The translations under genes were made by a program, and so were the position numbers. 64,000 bases of DNA, taken from contig ONNZ01000001.1 in the NCBI GenBank assembly GCA_900319345.1, forward strand, positions 2,739-66,738. The letters run 5' to 3'. Of the stretch, positions 7,165 to 13,808 are shown piece by piece. The DNA is from an uncultured Eubacteriales bacterium. GTDB taxonomy: Bacteria; Bacillota; Clostridia; Christensenellales; CAG-138. The notes under the pieces were generated by a model that worked only from the letters and a program-made list of their open reading frames with translations, was not told the origin of the DNA and ran no database searches. The number at the start of each line of letters is the position of its first letter. The stretch's first letter is position 1.

Positions 7165-9024
7165 TTACCAGTCGCTGCCCCAGTCGGTGTCGCCGGAATC
7201 CCAGCTGTCGTAGCTGCCGGAGTCCCAGCTGCTGCCGGAATCCCAGCTGCTGCCCGAATCCCAGCTGCTGCCCGAATCCCAGCTGCTGCCGGAGCTGTAG
7301 CTGCTGCCGGAGCCGGAATAGGACGGGTGCAGATCGTCCCAGACGCTGGAATCGGTGAAGCTCTCCGAGCCCCAGCCGCTGTCCCAGTCCTCCCCCTGAT
7401 AGGAGGTGTCGTAGGAGCCATCCGGGGCGTCCGCCTCCGACCAGTCCGTCCCGTCGAAGCTGTACCAGTTGTCCGCCGGGTCGTAGTATTTCCCGTAATA
7501 GTAGAACAGGTCTTCGCCGAAGCGGTAATAGCCGTCCCGGCTGTGCCGGTCGCTTTGGGTGGCGATGACGAAGGAATTCGCCGCGTCGGGCACGCCCCAG
7601 GCGGGGTCGTTTTCCGGGCCCAGATAGGCCTGGTTGCGGTCGCCCTTGGGCGCGTCCGCGTGCTGCCAGCCGTTCTCCCCGTAGGTGTACCAGTTCTCGT
7701 CCCGGTCGTAGGATTCGCCGAAATAGTAATAGAGCACATCGGCGAAGCGATAGTAGCCGTCCCGGCTGTGGTAGCTCTTCAGGGTGGCGATATAGAAATC
7801 CTCGTCCACGTCGGGCACGTCCCAGCCCGGATCGTGGCTCCAGCCCCGATAGGCGCCCTCCTGCGCGAACCCGGCAGGGCATTGGGGCAGCTCATACTCC
7901 CTCTGCCAGGACGACGCCTCGTCGTATCGGAACCAGTCGTTGCTGTAGTGGTAATACCAGCCGTCGCTCAGGCGATAGTAGCCCGAGCTGGGGTAGCCGG
8001 CCCGGTCCGCCCGGAAGGGCTTGAACCCGAAGCTTTCCGCGTACTCCTCCCCCAGATACGCTTCCTCCCTGCCCCAGCTGGGCAGGGACAACACGGGGAT
8101 CCACCAATCCTCCGCCGCATCGTCATAGTAATAGCTGCGCCCGTCCTTATAATAGACCGTCTGATCCTCGTAGCGATAGTATCCGTCGTCCTTGTGGACG
8201 TTCCGCTGCTCGACGAAGGCCGCCGGGAAGCCGATAAGGAGCGTCCAGTGCACGATGGTCAGGGAAAAGGAAAAGAGCGCGCCGATAATGATGAGGAATG
8301 AAGCCAGGCATCCCCATTTCTTTCCGCGGCTGTTGGAAACGATCCTGGACATGAGCGCCATGGGCCAGAACAAGAAGGTGATGAACCCCTTCAGAATCTT
8401 TTGCCAGAGGGACAGGCTGCCCCGAGAGGACCGCCCCGACAAAGACCGGCCCAGGGTCGATCTGTCCGCCGCGGGCCGGTTGGGCGTGAACGCCGGCCGC
8501 CCGTCGGGATAGATGCCCCGGTTGTGGCACTCTGTAAGGAGCTTTTGGAAGATCTCGTTGACGGCGTAGGCTTCGTCCGGCCCGTCGTAGCGGACGGCCC
8601 GGTTACCGTTGTCCTTGTTCTTGTAGACCACGAACCGGTCCCCGTTTTGATAGATGCCGAAGGCCCGGGGCTCCTGGCGGTCCTCGCCGATGAAGAAGCG
8701 CATCCGAAGCAGGGGCATGCCCCGCTCGGCGCAGTACTCCTTCAGCTCCCCGATGGTCCTGGGATGCTGGATGCGCCGGGGGGTGTCCTTTACGAAGTGG
8801 GGGTTCTCCGCCCCGCAGTTGGTGCAGAACTTCTGATCGGAGCGCAGCGTGCCCCCGCAATAGGGGCAGGTGCCCGTGGACGCAGGCTGTTCCGCCCCAC
8901 CGTCCGAAGCCGTCCCGCGGACCGGCACCACGTACAGGGGGTTGTCGGCTCCGCACTGGGGACACTTCCGGCTGGAGGAGGAGATCGGCGCGCCGCAGTA
9001 GGCGCAGATGCCGGTGGACGCCAT
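7165..9024 (-). CDS. double zinc-ribbon membrane protein with Tyr/Trp/Asp-rich extracytoplasmic repeats (function unknown)
   Basis: 619 aa. The N-terminus has two CxxC...CxxC ribbons (CAYCGAPISSSSRKCPQCG; CPYCGGTLRSDQKFCTNCG). Hydrophobic segments follow (ITFLFWPMALM; CLASFLIIIGALFSFSLTIVHWTLLIGFPAAF). Then come four copies of a GYYR[FYL]xD..YYY..(x)n W..W module and a (SGSSWD)n tail. A strong RBS (AAAGGAGAG) overlaps the tktC stop. Confidence 0.85.
   Translation of the reverse strand: MASTGICAYCGAPISSSSRKCPQCGADNPLYVVPVRGTASDGGAEQPASTGTCPYCGGTLRSDQKFCTNCGAENPHFVKDTPRRIQHPRTIGELKEYCAERGMPLLRMRFFIGEDRQEPRAFGIYQNGDRFVVYKNKDNGNRAVRYDGPDEAYAVNEIFQKLLTECHNRGIYPDGRPAFTPNRPAADRSTLGRSLSGRSSRGSLSLWQKILKGFITFLFWPMALMSRIVSNSRGKKWGCLASFLIIIGALFSFSLTIVHWTLLIGFPAAFVEQRNVHKDDGYYRYEDQTVYYKDGRSYYYDDAAEDWWIPVLSLPSWGREEAYLGEEYAESFGFKPFRADRAGYPSSGYYRLSDGWYYHYSNDWFRYDEASSWQREYELPQCPAGFAQEGAYRGWSHDPGWDVPDVDEDFYIATLKSYHSRDGYYRFADVLYYYFGESYDRDENWYTYGENGWQHADAPKGDRNQAYLGPENDPAWGVPDAANSFVIATQSDRHSRDGYYRFGEDLFYYYGKYYDPADNWYSFDGTDWSEADAPDGSYDTSYQGEDWDSGWGSESFTDSSVWDDLHPSYSGSGSSYSSGSSWDSGSSWDSGSSWDSGSSWDSGSYDSWDSGDTDWGSDW
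7219..7308. repeat. 18-bp tandem repeat (4 good copies plus 1 degenerate) inside the 3' end of the zinc-ribbon gene
   Basis: ggaRtcccagctgctgcc repeated head to tail. On the coding strand it encodes GSSWDS units. Confidence 0.9.
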
Positions 9025-9036
9025 AGCTTCTCTCCT

Positions 9037-9960
9037 TTACCTATGCTGTACCGCTTCCCGCACGACGGCGGCCAAGTGGGCGGCGTTGAGGCCCAGGGCT
9101 TCCTTGAGATAGGGGAGCTTCCCCACCTCGCCGAACCGGTCCTCCGCCCCTACGGCCCACACGGGCACAGGGTCGTGGGCCAGGGCCTCCAGCACGGCGG
9201 AACGGAGGCCGCCGATCACGTTGTGGTTCTCCGCCGTGACGATCACGCCAGTCTTCTTTGCGGAAGCAAGGATGGTCTCCCGGTCGATGGGCTTGATAGT
9301 ATGGACGTTGATGACCTCGCAGGAAATGCCCTCCGCGGCCAAGGTTTCCGCCGCCTGCAGGGATTCGCTGACCATGAGGCCCGCAGCGAGGATGGTCACG
9401 TCTGTCCCCGCCCGCAGCAGGTCCGCCTTGAAGAGGTCGAAACGGTAGCCCTCCGGGAACACGGTGGGGAACTCCTTCCGGTTCATGCGCATGTAGACGG
9501 GGCCTTCATAGGCGTGTAAGACCGGCATGGCGGCCTGAAGCTGCACCGTGTCCGTGGGCTCGAAGATGACCAAGCCCGGGATGGACCGGACCACGCCCAT
9601 GTCCTCCAAACTCATATGGGTGCCCCCGTTCAGCTCCGCGGCGATGCCCGGGTCCGTGCCCACGATCTTCACGTTCCGCTTCGCGTAGCACACGGAGATG
9701 GCGATCTGGTCGCAGACCCGCCGGGTGGCGAAGGGGGCGAAGCTCTCCGCCCAAGGCTTATAGCCGTAGCTCGCGAGACCTGCGGCGATGGAGATCATGT
9801 TCTGCTCCGCCACGCCGCAGTCGTAGATACGGTCCGGGAACCGCTTTCTCAGGGGGAAGGTGCCGCAGGCCTTACTGAGGTCCGCGTCCAGCAGGATCAG
9901 CTTTTCGTCCCGCTCCATCAGCTCGCCCAGGCACTGGGCGTACATGGCTCTCATCTCCAT
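9037..9960 (-). CDS. transketolase, C-terminal (pyrimidine-binding) subunit
   Basis: 307 aa. RIYDCGVAEQNMISIAAGLASYG and ILAAGLMVSESLQAAETLAAEGISCEVINVHTIKPID are typical of the small split-transketolase B subunit. Confidence 0.9.
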   Translation of the reverse strand: MEMRAMYAQCLGELMERDEKLILLDADLSKACGTFPLRKRFPDRIYDCGVAEQNMISIAAGLASYGYKPWAESFAPFATRRVCDQIAISVCYAKRNVKIVGTDPGIAAELNGGTHMSLEDMGVVRSIPGLVIFEPTDTVQLQAAMPVLHAYEGPVYMRMNRKEFPTVFPEGYRFDLFKADLLRAGTDVTILAAGLMVSESLQAAETLAAEGISCEVINVHTIKPIDRETILASAKKTGVIVTAENHNVIGGLRSAVLEALAHDPVPVWAVGAEDRFGEVGKLPYLKEALGLNAAHLAAVVREAVQHR

Positions 9961-9963
9961 AGC

Positions 9964-10818
9964 TCACGCCTCCCCGCGAAGGGCCGCCACGGCTGCCTTC
10001 GCCTGTTCCTCGGTGATGTTGGCGTTGTGGTTCCCCGCGCCCAGGTCCACGATCCAGGGGACGCCGCAGCCCTTCACCGTGTTCAATATGACCATGGTGG
10101 GCTTGCCGGTGCCCAGGCCCAGCTTGGCGTGAGCTACCGCGGCGGAGACCTGCTCTACGTCGTTGCCGTCCTCCACCTCGATCACGTGCCAGCCGAAGGC
10201 CGTCCACTTCTCGGCCAGGGGCGCGATATCGTTGATCTCGGCCACGGTACCGCCGATCTGAAGCTTGTTGTAGTCCGTGAAGGCGATCAGGTTGTCGAGA
10301 TGCTTGGCCGCGGCGAACATGGCCGCCTCCCAGATCTGGCCTTCCTGGCTCTCGCCGTCGCCGATGAGGGTGTAGACGATGGCCCCGTCCCTGGCGAGCT
10401 TAGCGCCCAGGGCCGCGCCCACGGCGCAGGAGAACCCCTGGCCAAGGCTCCCGGTGGTCATGTCGATGCCGGTGGTCCGCAGCATGTCGCAGTGGCTGGG
10501 CAGGTCGGTGCCGCCCTGGTTCAATGTCAGCAGCTCCGCCCGGTCGAAGTAGCCCCGGTTGGCCAATGTTGCGTACACCGCCGGGCCCGCGTGGCCCTTG
10601 GAGCAGATGAACCGATCCCGGCCCGCCTTTTGGGGGTCCTTGGGGTCGATGCGCATGGCCTCGAAATAGAGGACGCCCAGCAGCTCCACCACGGACAGGC
10701 ACCCGCCGATGTGGCCCACGCCCAGGTGGCCGATGCTCAGGATGGTGTCGCACCGGATGTCCCGGCAGATCTCCTTCAAATCCTTGTTCAACGTCTCTTT
10801 CTCCTTTTGCCGATTCAT
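9964..10818 (-). CDS. transketolase, N-terminal (thiamine-diphosphate-binding) subunit
   Basis: 284 aa. Motifs: GHIGGCLSVVELL, GSLGQGFSCAVGAALG, GDGESQEGQIWEA. The track start ATG 10818 lies only 3 nt from the predicted -10 box. TTG 10791 with AAGGAG 9 nt upstream is a plausible real start. Confidence 0.88.
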   Translation of the reverse strand: MNRQKEKETLNKDLKEICRDIRCDTILSIGHLGVGHIGGCLSVVELLGVLYFEAMRIDPKDPQKAGRDRFICSKGHAGPAVYATLANRGYFDRAELLTLNQGGTDLPSHCDMLRTTGIDMTTGSLGQGFSCAVGAALGAKLARDGAIVYTLIGDGESQEGQIWEAAMFAAAKHLDNLIAFTDYNKLQIGGTVAEINDIAPLAEKWTAFGWHVIEVEDGNDVEQVSAAVAHAKLGLGTGKPTMVILNTVKGCGVPWIVDLGAGNHNANITEEQAKAAVAALRGEA

Positions 10819-10821
10819 TTG

Positions 10822-10850
10822 ATTTTATGCGACTTTCACAGACATGTCAA
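10822..10850 (-). promoter_or_regulatory. near-consensus promoter of the transketolase operon
   Basis: On the minus strand: TTGACA (10850-10845), 17 nt spacer, TAAAAT (10827-10822). Confidence 0.55.
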
Positions 10851-10861
10851 GGGAAAAGCCA

Positions 10862-10890
10862 TTGACGAAAGGAGCCAGGGAAGGTATATT
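10862..10890 (+). promoter_or_regulatory. near-consensus promoter of the FucI-like gene (back to back with the transketolase promoter)
   Basis: TTGACG (10862-10867), 17 nt spacer, TATATT (10885-10890). A GGAGG RBS precedes ATG 10921. Confidence 0.55.
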
Positions 10891-10920
10891 GTTCAGCAGA
10901 GTATTTGCAGGAGGAAAGTC

Positions 10921-12261
10921 ATGAAACCCTTCGTCCCCGTGTACGTACCGGTGGGGGTCCCCACCTTCCATATGGAGAGCGCCCAGGACGCCTTCGAGCG
11001 CTCCGCGGCCGCCCTGAAGGCCATGGACGGCGATTTCGTCTGCCCCGAGGACAAGCTCCTGTCCCTGGACGCCCTGCGGGGGTATCTCGATCCCCTTGCC
11101 CCGGACCTCATCGTGTTCCAGAACCTGACCTTCGCCAACGCCGCCTACATGGCCGAGGTGCTTCGGCGGACCAGCTGCCCTGTGGTGCTCTGGACCCTCC
11201 GGGAGCCGGTGATCGACGGGGGGCGGCTGCGGCTCAACTCCCTTACCGGGTCCTACTCCGCCGCCAACACCCTGCGGGCCTTCTCGGATCGCCCCTTCGT
11301 CTACATCTTCGGCGCGCCGGAGGAGGAGCGGGTCCAGGAGGCGCTGAAGGCCGCCGTGGCCGCCGCTAAGGTGAAACACCACATGCGTGCCCTGAAGCTG
11401 GCCGCCGTGGGGCACACGCCCCAGGGGTTCAGCTTCGGCCGAGCTCTGGACGGGGAGCTGATGGACGCCTTCGGCGTGGAGCTGGAGGCTATCGAGGCCC
11501 GGGAGCTCATGGACCGGGCCCGCGGGTACACCGACGAGGCGTGCCGCCCCTATCTCGAGCGGACCGCCGCGCTGACCTGCGGCTTTGAGCAGACGCCCGA
11601 GCGGAACCGGCTGGACCATGCCAGGCTCTATAAGGCCTACAGCGACTATGTGCAGGCCAGCGGCGTGGGCGCCCTGGCCTCCCGGTGCTGGCCCGACTTT
11701 TTCACCGCCTACGGCACCCCCGTGTGCGCGGTGCTGTCCCTCCTGAACGACGACGGCGTGGCCGCCGCCTGCGAGGCGGACGTGTACGGGGCCCTGTCCA
11801 TGTGGGTAGGCCGGGAGCTCTCCGACAGCCCCGTGTTCTTTGGGGACCCGGTGTCCCTGGACGAGGGCGAGAACACGATCACCTATTGGCACTGCGGGGC
11901 CGCCGCCTGCGCCCTGGCCCGGAAGGACACCGGCGCCGCCGTGGGCGTGCACCCCAACCGAAAGATCGGCCCGGCCATGGACTTCGGCTGCGAAGCCATC
12001 CCCGGCGTCACCGTGTTCCGCATCGGCCGGGAGCCGGACGGCTCCTTCCGCTTCTTCATCGCCGAAGGCGAAGCTCTCGACAAGCCCAAGCAGTTCATCG
12101 GCACCAGCATCGTGGTCCGCACCGACGCCCCCAGCCGCGACCTGGTGGAGGACAGCGTCCAGGCCGGCTTCGAGCCCCATTTCGCCGTGATCCCCGGCCG
12201 CCACGGGGCGGCGCTGGAAGCGCTGGCCACCTTTATGGGGTTTGAGATTTATAGGTATTGA
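10921..12261 (+). CDS. L-fucose/L-arabinose-isomerase-family protein
   Basis: These are the last 446 codons of the artefactual 881-aa track ORF 9616..12261. It starts MKPFVPVYVPVGVPTFHMES. The pattern ...LASRCWPDF...PVCAVLSLLNDDGVAAACEADVYGALSMW...ITYWHCG resembles the FucI-like fold family. Confidence 0.6.
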   Translation: MKPFVPVYVPVGVPTFHMESAQDAFERSAAALKAMDGDFVCPEDKLLSLDALRGYLDPLAPDLIVFQNLTFANAAYMAEVLRRTSCPVVLWTLREPVIDGGRLRLNSLTGSYSAANTLRAFSDRPFVYIFGAPEEERVQEALKAAVAAAKVKHHMRALKLAAVGHTPQGFSFGRALDGELMDAFGVELEAIEARELMDRARGYTDEACRPYLERTAALTCGFEQTPERNRLDHARLYKAYSDYVQASGVGALASRCWPDFFTAYGTPVCAVLSLLNDDGVAAACEADVYGALSMWVGRELSDSPVFFGDPVSLDEGENTITYWHCGAAACALARKDTGAAVGVHPNRKIGPAMDFGCEAIPGVTVFRIGREPDGSFRFFIAEGEALDKPKQFIGTSIVVRTDAPSRDLVEDSVQAGFEPHFAVIPGRHGAALEALATFMGFEIYRY

Positions 12262-12270
12262 TTGAAACAT

Positions 12271-12298
12271 GTGCCTTTTCTTTGTAAAGAAAAGGCAC
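12271..12298 (+). terminator. stem-loop after the FucI-like gene
   Basis: gtgccttttcttt / aaagaaaaggcac form 13-bp arms beginning 10 nt after the stop. The trailing T-run is weak. Confidence 0.45.
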
Positions 12299-12300
12299 CC

Positions 12301-12342
12301 AAAAGAAACACAAATGGGAAGTATGGCATAGCTGTACTTCCC
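12301..12342 (-). terminator. intrinsic terminator of the GH31-symporter operon
   Basis: On the minus strand: GGGAAGTA, 11 nt loop, TACTTCCC, followed by ATTTGTGTTTCTTTT. Confidence 0.55.
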
Positions 12343-12378
12343 ATTATTCTTCTTGAGTTTCGCTTTTTTCGCCGCGTA

Positions 12379-13791
12379 TTACGCTTCCGCCTGAGCTTTG
12401 AACATCTCTTCCTTCTGTTTCTGCAGCTCCTCCACCCGCTTCTTGCTGAGGGGATAGACAAAGCGGAGGATCAGGAACACCAGCAGGAACAGGACCGCCG
12501 GGATCATGACGGAAAAGTTGTACATGGTGTGGAGGCGCTCCGGCGTCAGGCCCTCGGTCTTAAGTTCGCTCCCGTTATAGCCGATGACCAGCAGGGGCAC
12601 GTTGATGAGGATGGTGGCCACAGTCTGGCCGAGCTTCCGCATGAAGGAATAGAAGGCGTAGCTGGTGGCCTCGTCGTTGAGGCCGTAGGTGACCTTGTTG
12701 TAGTCGATGGCGTCGGTGGCCAGCACCCACACCAGGAGGAAGATGAAGGCCGTGCCGATGCCGGACATGAGGCATGCCAGCAGGTACAGCCACACGTTGG
12801 TGATGCTGAAGATCGCGAGGACGAACAGCACCAGGTAGAAGACGGCGGCCAGCAGCACCCCGTAGGAGCAGACCTCCCGGCGGCCGAACCTGTTCCCCAG
12901 CTTGGTGGCGAAGAACATGACCACGGCCACGGGCAGGTACTGGAACACCGTGGGCAGCATGGTGAGCCCCGGCTGCTTGAAGAAGTGGTGGAACAGGTAC
13001 GCGTTATACCCCTGGCCGAACATCTGGGCCGCCAGGAACAGCATGCTGGCAAGGCTCACCGCCATGAACGCCCGGCTCTTCAAAAGGGTCTTCACCACCT
13101 TCATGGTCTGGCCCTTCGCCTTGGGGGCGGGCTTCGACTCCACCCTCTCCTTGCTCCAGCCGTAGCAGAGGAAGTAGAAGAGGACGGAAAGGGCCGCGAT
13201 GGCCACGACGCCGATGAGCACCCGTTTGGCGTCCATCTGCTTCACCCCGTCCACGGTCACGTAGCACACGGAGGCCAGCACCATGGCGGGCATGGCCCCG
13301 AAGGTGGAGCCGATGGACCTAAACACCGAAAGGCTGGACCGTTCCTTGTCGTCGGAAGTGATGACCTGGGCCAACGACCCGTAGGGGATGTTGATGCAGG
13401 TGTAGAGCATGCCGAAGAGGATGTAGGTCACGTAGATCCAGGCGATGCGGCCGCCCATGGAAAAGCCCCGCACGTCCAGGAACATGAGCACCGCCGCGAG
13501 AGCCACCGGCAGGGCGAAGATCCTGATCCAATGCCGATACCGGCCGTCGCCGTGGAGCTTGGCCCCGTCGATGAGCCGGCCCCAGATGGGGTCGTTCACC
13601 GCGTCCCAGATCCGGGCGATGATGGTCATGATCATGACGTTCAGCACGCTGATCTCCAAAACGTCCGTGTAATACTTGTTGAGGACGCTCTGGGTCAGGC
13701 CGAAGACCAGGCAGGAGGCGAGATCACCGAAGGCGTAGCCGATCTTGTCCCGGGCTTTGATGCCGCTGGTACGGGAGATGTAGGATTCCAT
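12379..13791 (-). CDS. glycoside-pentoside-hexuronide (GPH) family sugar:cation symporter (MelB/YihO-like)
   Basis: 470 aa, 12-TM type. The N-terminal KIGYAFGDLASCLVFG...YYTDVLEISV...ARIWDAVNDPIWGRLID is the GPH signature. Confidence 0.85.
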   Translation of the reverse strand: MESYISRTSGIKARDKIGYAFGDLASCLVFGLTQSVLNKYYTDVLEISVLNVMIMTIIARIWDAVNDPIWGRLIDGAKLHGDGRYRHWIRIFALPVALAAVLMFLDVRGFSMGGRIAWIYVTYILFGMLYTCINIPYGSLAQVITSDDKERSSLSVFRSIGSTFGAMPAMVLASVCYVTVDGVKQMDAKRVLIGVVAIAALSVLFYFLCYGWSKERVESKPAPKAKGQTMKVVKTLLKSRAFMAVSLASMLFLAAQMFGQGYNAYLFHHFFKQPGLTMLPTVFQYLPVAVVMFFATKLGNRFGRREVCSYGVLLAAVFYLVLFVLAIFSITNVWLYLLACLMSGIGTAFIFLLVWVLATDAIDYNKVTYGLNDEATSYAFYSFMRKLGQTVATILINVPLLVIGYNGSELKTEGLTPERLHTMYNFSVMIPAVLFLLVFLILRFVYPLSKKRVEELQKQKEEMFKAQAEA

Positions 13792-13808
13792 TTTATTTCC
13801 TCCGCTGT

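Noticed and set aside
7219-7308. Tandem repeats (also 38901-38960 and 41054-41125) considered as possible CRISPR or minisatellite elements.
   Set aside because: The units are contiguous with no spacers, are 12-18 bp long, lie in frame inside ORFs, and simply encode SGSSWD, KYGY and PT(S) peptide repeats. No cas genes are present.
5743-8301. Very long plus-strand ORFs in the GC-rich half. These include the 852-aa ORF at 5743..8301, and also 2910..3956, 13965..15125, 17251..18513 (-), 23085..24692 (-), 26302..28236 (-), 10825..12270 (-) and 55076..57157 (+).
   Set aside because: All are antisense to genes with clear family signatures (EamA, RpiB, FtsZ, Mrp, GH31, RmlB and others). Their translations are low-complexity Gly/Ala/Arg/Pro/His/Val-rich strings typical of the reverse frames of GC-rich coding DNA. 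None has a convincing RBS.
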